A stretch of DNA of 64,000 bases, taken from positions 20,004 to 84,003 of the IMG/VR virus record IMGVR_UViG_3300038974_000542; one strand, given 5' to 3'. Under the pieces are notes generated by a model. That model ran no database searches, had not been told where the DNA came from, and saw only the letters and a list, made by a program, of their open reading frames with translations. The position numbers and the translations under genes are program-made. The stretch's first letter is position 1. The number at the start of each line of letters is the position of its first letter. This DNA comes from a virus (Duplodnaviria > Caudoviricetes). Shown here piece by piece: positions 41,714 to 51,220 of the stretch.

Positions 41714-41973
41714 CTTGAAATCAAATTAAGTGGTGTAAAGACTTCGAATTTAAAAGGTACATCTCTTACATATTCCTTATATCGAATATTAGTAACATGA
41801 TTAGTAAACATGACAGTCATAAATGAGGCTATCATAGCTGCTACATGAGATGTTTGTTTCATTGTACAGGCAACATCTTCTACCTCAGAATCATCAAATA
41901 AATATTTCTCTTCATATTCTTTAATTCTTTCTTTAGTAACACAAAATATTTGAAGCTGTTCGGATTCCAATCT
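41710..41973 (-). CDS. E1/ThiF-like adenylating enzyme, exon 2
   Basis: Begins AGA TTG GAA (RLESEQLQIF) after the intron terminal G; carries candidate catalytic Cys in VACTMKQ (41866-41868); 88 codons, in frame with exon 1. Confidence 0.75.
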   Translation of the reverse strand, partial: RLESEQLQIFCVTKERIKEYEEKYLFDDSEVEDVACTMKQTSHVAAMIASFMTVMFTNHVTNIRYKEYVRDVPFKFEVFTPLNLISR

Positions 41974-42163
41974 CACATTACCCACTACTTTCATAATGGT
42001 GTGGACTATATCTTTATCCAATTACTTGGATAGAGGACACTTTTTCACTTATATACTACTATAAGTTACTTCCTGTTATTAAGCAAACTTTATTGCTCAG
42101 GTAGTCTCTGAACCTTCATAAGGTGTACCTTATGCTTGGCTGCTGATTAGCATAGATTTCTCC

Positions 42164-42979
42164 TTAGCTTTCCAGCAATTCATCCTCTTCAGACAAAGTA
42201 TTACTACTTTGAGGGGCAGTTTTAAGTGTAAAATTATTTTTACAGTCTTTGCATAATACTCTAGGTAATTTAATACCTTTGTAAATATAATTACCATTGA
42301 ATACTGTATTACTTGAATTACAAAACTTACAATTTGGGGTTACTCTTTGAATAAATAAATTAGAGTCTAATATCTTCTCAAATAAAATTCTCTTTCTTAA
42401 TAAATATATTTCACAATCTTGATAAAGAAGATTATAAAATCTTTTATAACTAAGACTGAATATAGTTAATTTATAAACAGATTTTGCATCTGTAATACTA
42501 CAATCTATATTATTATCATTAAGAAAATCTCTTATCTCTTTAATAAAGATCAAAGAATTAGAGTAAATATAAACTCTCTTTTGCTCTTTTCTTGAATTAT
42601 TGATATAAGTACAACCCCCATCACCATCAAAAAAACCTCTAATAAAATGTCTTGTTAATTCATTTTTAAAAGGTATATGAAGGTTAGTTTTATTTTCAAA
42701 AGATTTATCTGGAAGACAACCATTAGATATAAAATGTTCTTTTAAAACTTTTAATCCAGAATATAAATAATGCATATTTTGTCTATTCCCAATATATTCT
42801 ACTATATAATATCTAAAGAAAGGAAATTTTTCTTTTAATAATAGAATTAAATCTTCATCTGTTAAACCTAATCTTATATGATGTTGATTCTTACTTATAT
42901 TCCCATCTGCATAAAATAATCCTAACAAATAAGCTTTGTTCTGATTATCGATACTTTGTAATTCATTATTATAATCCAT
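42164..42979 (-). CDS. Double-motif LAGLIDADG homing endonuclease with C-terminal Zn ribbon
   Basis: Motifs LLGLFYADG and FIRGFFDGDG; C-terminal CKFC...CKDC; lies inside the intron. Confidence 0.9.
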   Translation of the reverse strand: MDYNNELQSIDNQNKAYLLGLFYADGNISKNQHHIRLGLTDEDLILLLKEKFPFFRYYIVEYIGNRQNMHYLYSGLKVLKEHFISNGCLPDKSFENKTNLHIPFKNELTRHFIRGFFDGDGGCTYINNSRKEQKRVYIYSNSLIFIKEIRDFLNDNNIDCSITDAKSVYKLTIFSLSYKRFYNLLYQDCEIYLLRKRILFEKILDSNLFIQRVTPNCKFCNSSNTVFNGNYIYKGIKLPRVLCKDCKNNFTLKTAPQSSNTLSEEDELLES

Positions 42980-42996
42980 ATCCTTGTATTTTTGTA

Positions 42997-43004
42997 CAAA
43001 GATA
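42997..43004 (-). promoter_or_regulatory. Intron-internal Bacteroidota -7 element (TATCTTTG) upstream of the endonuclease
   Basis: TAnnTTTG match 17 nt before the LAGLIDADG ATG. Confidence 0.5.
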
Positions 43005-43026
43005 GTAAAAATTATTTTACTAACCT

Positions 43027-43647
43027 ACCATCAATAAATATAGGAACATTCTTTATAGTACTATTTTCATTACTTAACTCACAATCCTGAACATTTCTCT
43101 TCCAGACATTAAAGAAATTTTTTCTTGCTTCCATATTGTCAAAAGCTGAGAAGAAGTATGGTCCTAATATTTTTGTATTGGAATCAATTCTTTTAGTAAT
43201 AGTATAAATAGTAGAGCTTGGAGAAAACTCTTTTACATTATGATAAACAGCAGTTGTTTTATACTCCCCTATATTAGAATTTTTAAAAAATTGACCAGAC
43301 AAGTTTACCTTTTCAACCATATCAAAATCATAAATGCTAATAGTAAAACCAGCTCTTGCAAGAAATAAAGCTAAGTAACTACCAATTCCACCAGCACCAC
43401 CTATAATTAATGAATTATCAATAAAATCAAACCAGGGGAGACCTTTAAATCTAGTAAACTGTTCATCATTATTACTTGGTTCAAAGTCATCCTCTATAAT
43501 ACTATTTTCTTCATCTTCTACTAAGGGTTCTTGAACTGTCTCATTGTTTTCTTCTTCAGTTTCTGGTTCTTCTACAGAAGAACTCCTTAGACTTTCACCA
43601 AAGATTTCTTCAAACTCTCTTTCCAAATTATCAATTTCTCCACTCAT
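43027..43647 (-). CDS. E1/ThiF-like adenylating enzyme, exon 1
   Basis: Motifs GAGGIGS, DFDMVEKVNLSGQ, DNMEARK, IDG; 207 codons up to the predicted 5' splice site. Confidence 0.85.
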
Positions 43648-44785
43648 TTTCTATTCCTATTAAAAAGTTAATAATATCCCCTAAGAATCCAAATTGTTTT
43701 CTATATTCTTGAAGCTTTTTCCTCATAATCTTTACTATAACAAAATCATCCATTGCAATACTTCTGAAATAAGTATCAAATTCATTTTGAAAATTAACAA
43801 TAAAATCCTCAAGGATCTCTGGAGGAGTGAACTCTCCACTTACAATAGATTCATCAATAGAACTAAGCACATCTTCTAGAGATAACTCAAAGAAATCATC
43901 ATAGTCAAAACAAACTTTAATGAAGTCCTCACAGTTACTCTCAACAAATATTGAGAAATCTTCCTCAGATGTTTTACTTTTTGGCTTTTTTTTATTCTCT
44001 ACTATAGGAAGAACTCTTGATTTGTTCTGTAAAGAAGTAACAGGATTATTATAGCTTCTCCAATTATTCTCCCAATCTCCAAAAGGATATTCAAATCCCT
44101 CCTCTTTATCCTTTTGATATGAAGTACTTTTAGTCTTAGGATATAATCTCTTATCCTCTAAAATAGTACTTACATTATCAAGGAATTCTTTATCCTGATA
44201 AACTTGTGGTGTATCATATATCATTTCACATTCATAATGATACAGCTTATCTTTTTTAATCTTAAGATTTCTTGAGTCTACTATATAAGGATCTCCATTC
44301 TCATCTAAACCATTAAAGTCTGCTTTTATAGTAGCTTCTACAGAAGAATTAATAGCAATTCTACCTATAATGTCTAATCTATTATTTACAACTACAGATA
44401 AATAATAGTTATGAGCTTTAGAATTTATAGATAACTCTTCATTATCTACACCTGAAAAGAACACTCCCATATTATTATGAGAATGAATTAGCCCAGATCT
44501 CCATTCAAGTCTTTCTTCATTGTTCATAAGAAAGTCTACATATCTTTTATCATAAGTAAATTCTGTAGATCCAGCAGTTCCTCTATCCATAGGAAGAATA
44601 TCTTTTAAATTTATACTAAATCCAGAAGGTTCTTTTATAGTACCTTCAACAGTATAAAACAGTACGCCTGACCATTCCAAATTAGGAATTACCGTACACA
44701 GATATTTTATTTTATTAATTACACTCTCAGGAATATTTACTTTTATTTTACTGAGTAATTGTGTAGAATCTGATACATTGTTCAT
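43631..44785 (-). CDS. JAB/MPN+ metallopeptidase (DUB-like)
   Basis: Motifs EWSGVLFY and IHSHNNMGVFFSGVD (HxH..S..D). Confidence 0.85.
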   Translation of the reverse strand: MNNVSDSTQLLSKIKVNIPESVINKIKYLCTVIPNLEWSGVLFYTVEGTIKEPSGFSINLKDILPMDRGTAGSTEFTYDKRYVDFLMNNEERLEWRSGLIHSHNNMGVFFSGVDNEELSINSKAHNYYLSVVVNNRLDIIGRIAINSSVEATIKADFNGLDENGDPYIVDSRNLKIKKDKLYHYECEMIYDTPQVYQDKEFLDNVSTILEDKRLYPKTKSTSYQKDKEEGFEYPFGDWENNWRSYNNPVTSLQNKSRVLPIVENKKKPKSKTSEEDFSIFVESNCEDFIKVCFDYDDFFELSLEDVLSSIDESIVSGEFTPPEILEDFIVNFQNEFDTYFRSIAMDDFVIVKIMRKKLQEYRKQFGFLGDIINFLIGIENEWRN

Positions 44786-45863
44786 ATAAAAAAATATTAA
44801 TTCTATTTATTAAACCTCGATAAGTTGTTGGATGAATCATAAATGAAGAAGACATTCCTTCTTCTTCCTTTTCTTTTTTTACATAGTTATTGTATATTTT
44901 AAAAGGTATCTCTGTATTTTTGAAACTAAATTTATAGTCTACTGGAACTATGACCTCACTATCATTTTTAAAGACTTTAAAAAAATCATTCCCTACTCTT
45001 GAACAAAAAAGTTCTGGACACCTTTCCTTTACTACTTTGTATAAGGTTTTATAAAAAAAGTCATTTTCTATTACTCTTACTTTACTATCAAGCATGTCAA
45101 AATCAAAAGTTTTGAACACATTCTCTTGTAGTAGGTAAACAAATATTAGCTCAGCGTCATTTTCTTTTCTTCTAAAAAGGTTACGATCATCTGAGGCAGC
45201 ATATTGAGAGATATTACTGATTCTAAAATAAGGACCTCCTTCAATACTTTCCCAACATACAAAGGATTTAAGAGTTAAGAGAAGAAGTTCAAAAATTTCT
45301 ATATCATGATTATCATTATATAGACAGATAAGTTCGGGTATTTCATTTACTCCTAAACAAAAATCTCCTGCTCTTACATCTATTGAGTTATCCTCTCTTA
45401 TAGTAAAGTATTCACTATAATTTTCTCCCACTGAATGTAAGTGAGAGTGTAAATAACCTGAAATATACTCTTCTCTTGTAACAGTTAGTCTAAATCCTCC
45501 TATAGTACTATGAATATACAAAGAATTATTGACAATTTTCATTGAAAGTCTTACTACTAAATTCCTAATAGTATGATGTCTGTCCTCACTATTAGTAATA
45601 TCTATTTCAGGAAAAAGAATAAGTATAGAAGGAAGAGAGTACATATTCCTAAATTGAAATGCCCAATTCTCCCCATAAACTCCTTCCAAAACTTCAACAA
45701 ATGATTCTATAGTATCCGCAAGTTTTTTTATTTTCTCTTCTGTTCTTTCCATACCTCCTAAGAAATACCCTTTCTCCATATATCTATGAAACCATCCTTT
45801 TCTTTTGTACAATACATCTCTATTTATCATAGAGATAACTTTCTCTTCATTATTACTTCTCAT
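44748..45863 (-). CDS. Prokaryotic E2-like (UBC-fold) protein
   Basis: YLHSHL followed by GDFCLG (Cys at 45357-45359), the Prok-E2 pattern; lies between the Ubl and JAB genes. Confidence 0.6.
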   Translation of the reverse strand: MRSNNEEKVISMINRDVLYKRKGWFHRYMEKGYFLGGMERTEEKIKKLADTIESFVEVLEGVYGENWAFQFRNMYSLPSILILFPEIDITNSEDRHHTIRNLVVRLSMKIVNNSLYIHSTIGGFRLTVTREEYISGYLHSHLHSVGENYSEYFTIREDNSIDVRAGDFCLGVNEIPELICLYNDNHDIEIFELLLLTLKSFVCWESIEGGPYFRISNISQYAASDDRNLFRRKENDAELIFVYLLQENVFKTFDFDMLDSKVRVIENDFFYKTLYKVVKERCPELFCSRVGNDFFKVFKNDSEVIVPVDYKFSFKNTEIPFKIYNNYVKKEKEEEGMSSSFMIHPTTYRGLINRINIFLYEQCIRFYTITQ

Positions 45864-45912
45864 AATAAAAAAATAAAATAAATCCCCCTCTATAAACAGA
45901 GGGGGATTTTAT
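45864..45912 (-). terminator. Intrinsic terminator after the Ubl gene
   Basis: 11-bp stem AATCCCCCTCT/AGAGGGGGATT with a 6-nt loop, followed on the - strand by a U-rich tract. Confidence 0.8.
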
Positions 45913-45917
45913 TACTA

Positions 45918-46445
45918 TCAATCAATATCACCAAAGATTTCTTGAGCTTCCTCTTCTAAAGCTTCTATATCATCTTCTTCGTCTTTAAAAGAGAGACTTA
46001 CAACGATATCTTTGTAACCATGCTCTTCTAACCAAGAGGAAAATCTATTTTTAAGATCTTCCAATATGTAGACTTTTGAAAAATTCTTAAATCCATCAAC
46101 AGCTTCATTCAGTGTTTCTGTACTTAAATTTGTATAGTTTTTACCATATACAGACTTAATATAGCTCTGTAGCTTTATATCCTTTGATATAATACCTCTT
46201 ACTTCTTTATATGAATAGGAAGTTCCAGATTTTGTTTTGATAGGTCTCAGAAATAGAGTAAAGTCTTGCTCAGGAAGAATGGCAGAATCAACAGTTAAAT
46301 CTGTCCTTCTGATATTCTCAGTAGCTTGTAATGACGCAAAGTCATACTTATTACTTAGTTCTTGTTTTAACTCTCCCCAAGTTCTGGCTTGAGTTTCATG
46401 GGTTGCCTTTTGTGAACCCTTTGTTGAAAAAATTGTAACTTTCAT
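45918..46445 (-). CDS. Ubiquitin-like (beta-grasp) protein with C-terminal extension
   Basis: MKVTIFST...TWGELK...LP..DFTLFLRPIKTKSG matches the Prok_Ub-like pattern; Gly74 is followed by about 100 further residues. Confidence 0.65.
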   Translation of the reverse strand: MKVTIFSTKGSQKATHETQARTWGELKQELSNKYDFASLQATENIRRTDLTVDSAILPEQDFTLFLRPIKTKSGTSYSYKEVRGIISKDIKLQSYIKSVYGKNYTNLSTETLNEAVDGFKNFSKVYILEDLKNRFSSWLEEHGYKDIVVSLSFKDEEDDIEALEEEAQEIFGDID

Positions 46446-46472
46446 AAAAATTTAATTTAAAACGTTTTAATA

Positions 46473-47168
46473 TTACCAATTAATTGTACTTTTTCTTAGT
46501 TTACCTAAGATGTAATTTGAGTAAATAAAGTGATTACAACCATAAAAGCCAGATTTACCGCCAGAATAAGCTTCTGATGCTGGGTGTGGGGCTTTAAGTA
46601 TATAATTGTAATTACTAATAGGGATTTCTTTAATATTTGAAGCAGCATAAGGAGTAGCATTAAAACTATTATATATGTCTCCTTCAAACTCTTGAGCCTT
46701 TTTACCCCAAAGAAACCAGATACAAGGATTCTCATAAGAAATAAATCTTATAAGATTAAGTGTAAAGTCTCTCCAGTAGTTAATATGACTAAGTGGCTTT
46801 CCTGTTTCAACAGTTAGTGCAGAATTTAATAGAAATACTCCTTGTTCCTCCCAAGTATGTATATTTGCTTCTTTTCCTGTACTGTTTAATATCTCTTTAT
46901 AAATTACCCTAAGAGATGCTGGAGTTTTAGTAGTTCCATTAACAAAACTAAGACCTATTGCATCTCCAGGAGTACTATAAGGATCTTGACCTAACAAGAC
47001 TATCTTAATATCCTTCAGGGGCATTTTGAAAACCCTAAAAATATTTTCTGCTTTTGGCTGAAAAGATATATTAGGTAAGATATTGTTGTTAAGTGCACTT
47101 ATAGGTTCTTGATAAAGTTTATTAAGAATAGGTTTCCAACTGTCATGAATTATGTCTAATGGTCTCAT
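46473..47168 (-). CDS. ung: Uracil-DNA glycosylase (family 1)
   Basis: Motifs LGQDPY, GLSF, QGVFLLN, LWG, HP. Confidence 0.9.
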   Translation of the reverse strand: MRPLDIIHDSWKPILNKLYQEPISALNNNILPNISFQPKAENIFRVFKMPLKDIKIVLLGQDPYSTPGDAIGLSFVNGTTKTPASLRVIYKEILNSTGKEANIHTWEEQGVFLLNSALTVETGKPLSHINYWRDFTLNLIRFISYENPCIWFLWGKKAQEFEGDIYNSFNATPYAASNIKEIPISNYNYILKAPHPASEAYSGGKSGFYGCNHFIYSNYILGKLRKSTINW

Positions 47169-48186
47169 ATAAAATTACTTTATTCTTAATTAAGAAAGAC
47201 TTAAGTTCTTCTTCTCCTTTGTGAAGATACATATCTGAAGAATCTTTTATACCTTCTTCTAGTAAAGGTATGGGCAAAAATATCTTTCTCGATTTTAAAC
47301 CTATTAGATTAGTCAATCTATTAGCTGCATCAAGACCTGCTCTATCATTATCGAAAAATACTATAACTTCCTCAAATCTGTTTGTAATTTCTTCTAAGTT
47401 ATCTGGGAACATACCTTCATTTTGAAACCAAATTACGTTAGCTCCTAAATTTCTAAGTACTCTGTAATCCTTATAACTTTTAGTTATTACAAGTTGTGAG
47501 ACATCAATGAGATGTTTAGTAATTATATCGTTTTTTGTACAGGTTGAAAGAAATCTCTTATGACCTTTTCTATAAGGAAAATAAAGTTTTTTTCTGTTTT
47601 CAGGAAAATCTGTATAAGCAAAACATTTGGTATATAGAGTTATTTCTCTATCACCTTTTCTACTATTTAAGATTTTCATTCTACTCACAGCAAAAACTTT
47701 ATCATCCTTAAGATTTTGTCTGGATATTCCATACTTACTCCAAAATAAACCATCTGTTTGATTAAAAGATCTTGTCTCAATAAGAATCTCAACTTTTTTT
47801 GTCTGTTTATCTATTCTTTCTATTAACTCTTTATCCCTTTTGAATTCTTTATTATTTACTATATTCTCCTCTATAAACTTCAATGTAGAATAAAAGTTAG
47901 GAAGATTATAATATTTTTTTATAAATTCAAAACAATCATAATGAGTATTTGAAGAATCAGCCCAATCAACAAATAATAGTTTATTGGTATATATACTTCT
48001 CTGAAAGAAAGCACCTGGATGTTTATCCTGTCTTAAAGGAGAACAAATATAATCAAACTCTTTTGGTTCAAATTTAAGGACATATTTAAATATCTCTTCT
48101 TCTGTAATTTTTCTTAATATACTTCTCTTATCTATATATCCTCCTACTTCAATGTTGTCATCTTGTAGATTAAATAAATTATTCAT
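47143..48186 (-). CDS. DNA primase (TOPRIM)
   Basis: Motifs CSPLRQDKHP, VITKSYKD, FFDNDRAG, KDSSD. Confidence 0.8.
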   Translation of the reverse strand: MNNLFNLQDDNIEVGGYIDKRSILRKITEEEIFKYVLKFEPKEFDYICSPLRQDKHPGAFFQRSIYTNKLLFVDWADSSNTHYDCFEFIKKYYNLPNFYSTLKFIEENIVNNKEFKRDKELIERIDKQTKKVEILIETRSFNQTDGLFWSKYGISRQNLKDDKVFAVSRMKILNSRKGDREITLYTKCFAYTDFPENRKKLYFPYRKGHKRFLSTCTKNDIITKHLIDVSQLVITKSYKDYRVLRNLGANVIWFQNEGMFPDNLEEITNRFEEVIVFFDNDRAGLDAANRLTNLIGLKSRKIFLPIPLLEEGIKDSSDMYLHKGEEELKSFLIKNKVILYETIRHNS

Positions 48187-48218
48187 AATATATAGTTTTA
48201 AGAAGTCTATTAATTAAA

Positions 48219-49013
48219 TTACCAAGCAGCAGCTGGCATTCCACTTCCAGAATTCATAGCAGCTCCTGCTTCTGAAACACTCTTTGTTTGTTTGTTAGCT
48301 TTATTGCTTTCCATATAAGACTGACTTCTTTTGAACTTATGGACATTCCCAGCATTATCTACATACCTAAGTCCTTTCATTACTATCTCATTGCCCTTTT
48401 CATCTTTTTCTTTCCAAGTTCTTTCTTCTTTCCATTCTCCAACTGGGTTCATATGAGGAACTAAGAAAGCCCCATCCTTTAAGTTTTTAGGAACTTCAAG
48501 ATATGTTTGATTAGCATTTGGATTAATGTTCCATTGGTATTGTAAGAATAAATCTAAAGGGACTTTATTTGCAATACCCTGAGACATTAATTTAGAGACC
48601 AATTTAAAATAGTCTACAAAATTACTTGGAGGTGTTGCAAAAGCAGCTTTAAGGACCTCTTCAGGATTGAAAGCCTTCAAATAATGAGTCATAACAGCTT
48701 TAAAGTGCTTCATCTGTTCATTATATGCAGCTATATATTCTTCGGAAGAGGTATCAGTTATCTCACCATTCTTACCAAACACTCTTACAATAGGAAACCA
48801 TCTCTGACGTTGCTCAGTTTCTCCTATTTTGAAAGCAATATCCAAACAATCAATAGCTTCTTCATTAGCACCACCATTAGGGTTATACTCACACCTTACC
48901 ATTAAAACATTCTGATTTAATCCAAAAACTCCAAAACTTGAATTTTTTGACTTTAAACTTTCGTCTTGGTCATCTTGAAAACCAAAACCAATCATTACTT
49001 TTTCTTCTGACAT
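48219..49013 (-). CDS. Replication-module protein, possibly ssDNA-binding
   Basis: Lies between the AAA ATPase and primase; flexible tail ending in W. Confidence 0.4.
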   Translation of the reverse strand: MSEEKVMIGFGFQDDQDESLKSKNSSFGVFGLNQNVLMVRCEYNPNGGANEEAIDCLDIAFKIGETEQRQRWFPIVRVFGKNGEITDTSSEEYIAAYNEQMKHFKAVMTHYLKAFNPEEVLKAAFATPPSNFVDYFKLVSKLMSQGIANKVPLDLFLQYQWNINPNANQTYLEVPKNLKDGAFLVPHMNPVGEWKEERTWKEKDEKGNEIVMKGLRYVDNAGNVHKFKRSQSYMESNKANKQTKSVSEAGAAMNSGSGMPAAAW

Positions 49014-49015
49014 AA

Positions 49016-49321
49016 TTACTTATAATTAGGAATTAAATTATTTATTTCTGAAGTTTCTTCAACTTCGTTTTCTTCTTGTTCTACTTCTAATGTAGTTGTA
49101 TTATCCTCAAAATCTACTTCAGATATGACATCATAAATAAGTTCATACTGAGGATTCCTAAACTTCCTGATCTTTAGACCTGCTTCTTTAAGAACTCTCT
49201 TCATTTGTGCTACAGGAAGGTTATAGTACTCAGCTAAAGGTTGTAATTTCATTCCTTCTTCTACTTGTTGTTTTAGAAAAGAAAGAGAAATCTTTTTTAC
49301 TTGTTTTGTTTCTTTTTCCAT
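49016..49321 (-). CDS. Small HTH-like protein with acidic tail
   Basis: LQPLAEYYNLPVAQMKRVLKEAG resembles an HTH. Confidence 0.45.
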   Translation of the reverse strand: MEKETKQVKKISLSFLKQQVEEGMKLQPLAEYYNLPVAQMKRVLKEAGLKIRKFRNPQYELIYDVISEVDFEDNTTTLEVEQEENEVEETSEINNLIPNYK

Positions 49322-49343
49322 AAAAATTAATTTTTAATATAAC

Positions 49344-50069
49344 TTATAAATCTTCATAATAAGCTCTTACAGCTTTTTCCACATACCCTAAGTCATTAGG
49401 TATGTATAATTCTTTGAACATACCTACAGGTGTTTTAGCAGGAAATCTCCCATCAAAATTAGTTACAAATTCTTTTGATATTTTTTTAGTTTGTTCATCA
49501 AAAGATTGTTTACCAAATAAAACTACATCAAACTTTCCTTCAGGCGTAATATAGTCTTGAACCATCTTTCCTACAGTTTTAAATCTATATGATATAGTAT
49601 CCTCATTACTATCTCTATATTCTTCATAGTGAGCCATCATATAAAAATTTACGGTGGAAGAAGTCTCCATTGCAGTAAATACAGCATTCATACTTGCACC
49701 AATTTCTTTGAAAGTATCATAACCTTTCTTTGATGCATTTGTCATATAGTAATCCTGCATAATATAGTTAGCATCGTCTATTACTATACTTTTAATTTCA
49801 GATCTGTTAGCAAGTATAAAATTAATAGTCTTAGCTATAAAAGGGCCACTATTACTTATCAATCTATTTCCATTCTCTGCCGTAGGTGGAGATAGTGGAT
49901 CAACCACTTTATAAACTTTACTACTACCTCTAAAAGGTAAAGGTTTTGATGTAGCACTTATAACAAAAGTTTCTTTAGGGTTTAACCCCTCAATACCTAA
50001 TTCTGGTAGATTTCCAATACTGGTAGTTTTACCAAATCCACTTGGAGCTAAAATTAAAATCTTCCCCAT
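49344..50069 (-). CDS. AAA-family ATPase (AAA_24/Sak4-like)
   Basis: Walker A APSGFGKT, Walker B IVIDD, late FPAKTP. Confidence 0.75.
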   Translation of the reverse strand: MGKILILAPSGFGKTTSIGNLPELGIEGLNPKETFVISATSKPLPFRGSSKVYKVVDPLSPPTAENGNRLISNSGPFIAKTINFILANRSEIKSIVIDDANYIMQDYYMTNASKKGYDTFKEIGASMNAVFTAMETSSTVNFYMMAHYEEYRDSNEDTISYRFKTVGKMVQDYITPEGKFDVVLFGKQSFDEQTKKISKEFVTNFDGRFPAKTPVGMFKELYIPNDLGYVEKAVRAYYEDL

Positions 50070-51220
50070 TATTTCTTTTCTTCAAATTTTTTAAAATCTT
50101 TTAATGCTCCGTTCATATTAACTCTGAAATGTTGAGGGTATGGAGCATATCTACACTCAACAAGATGAATAGTTCTCATATTAGGGTAATACTCATTTCT
50201 CTTAGCATCTTTAATAGTTAATCCAAAATGTTTTGTGAGATTATATCTCTCATCATTAGGATTAAACATAGTAAAAATATGGGTAGCTTCTTCAGAGAGA
50301 TTACCTGTGTCTTTGATCGTTTCTGGTTGAGGGTATATCATATCTCCCATAAACTTAAGTCTTTCTATGTCAGCCATATCTCTATTTAAATGTACTATTG
50401 GGACAAAGGAGTAATTTAAAAGATTCCTTAACTCAGTAATATATTCAATAGTTTTATCTACTGTCTCCTTTATACTAAATTTCTGCTCTTTCCTAACTTT
50501 TCTTATAGTATCCAGGATAACTATAACATACTCATTAGGATTATTGGGTTTATATCCAATAAGTTTCTTTTCTGTCTTCTCTGTTTTTTCAGAAAAGTAC
50601 TCTTGAAATAGGAATTCTCCCCTTTCAGAAGCAAAGTTAAGAACTTTCTTATAAATTCCAGTAGGATTATCAGGCTTATCAATAAAATCTATAAGTCCTT
50701 TTTTTACTAATACTCCAGATTCTGTATACTGTCCAAATAAAGGTATTATCCTCCTATCATAAGTATCTTTTATCTTTATAAAGAGATCTTCTGGAACTAA
50801 AATAGTTTTGTTGTTGTCATCTTGTTTTTGTCCTCTTAAGAACCCACTTGAGATATCAATATAATTTTTTCCTTCATGTGTAACATTATTGGGTAAATTA
50901 ATTCTTGATATCCCATAATCTTTGTACAAGAAATGACATACATAGTCAAACTCCATAGTTACTCTATCCATTTCCCAAGAATAATATATCCATCTGATAT
51001 CTATTTCGGGATGTTTTAGTAAATACAAGTAAGGACTTATAACAAAACCATAGTTTACAAATGTACTCTTACCAGTTTTAGGAGGGGATGCAATAGCATA
51101 GGTCATTCCTCTTTGAATACCGTCAATAGCTTTAGATATATTTTCTAAACCTTCTCCCATAGGAAGACCTCTATTTTTACCAGATTGACCTCTCTTAAAC
51201 TCTACTATAAAATTACTCAT
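50069..51220 (-). CDS. DnaB-like replicative helicase
   Basis: Motifs SPPKTGKST, ILDT, HLNR, DTGNLSE of RecA-fold SF4 helicases. Confidence 0.7.
   Translation of the reverse strand: MSNFIVEFKRGQSGKNRGLPMGEGLENISKAIDGIQRGMTYAIASPPKTGKSTFVNYGFVISPYLYLLKHPEIDIRWIYYSWEMDRVTMEFDYVCHFLYKDYGISRINLPNNVTHEGKNYIDISSGFLRGQKQDDNNKTILVPEDLFIKIKDTYDRRIIPLFGQYTESGVLVKKGLIDFIDKPDNPTGIYKKVLNFASERGEFLFQEYFSEKTEKTEKKLIGYKPNNPNEYVIVILDTIRKVRKEQKFSIKETVDKTIEYITELRNLLNYSFVPIVHLNRDMADIERLKFMGDMIYPQPETIKDTGNLSEEATHIFTMFNPNDERYNLTKHFGLTIKDAKRNEYYPNMRTIHLVECRYAPYPQHFRVNMNGALKDFKKFEEKK

Larger units (their letters stand above)
41974..43026 (-). mobile_element. Group I self-splicing intron (about 1053 nt) with homing endonuclease
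   Basis: Core elements in order: P AATTGCTGGAAA, Q AATCAGCAG, R GGTTCAGAGACTA, S AAGATATAGTCC, then P9 CCATTAT-GAAA-GTAGTGG and terminal G. The 5' exon ends in U (GAT GGT). Confidence 0.9.

Noticed and set aside
41974-42021. ORF-track start MDKDIVHTIMKVVGNV for 41710..42021
   Set aside because: These codons are intron S/P9 sequence; the real coding part starts at 41973 after splicing.
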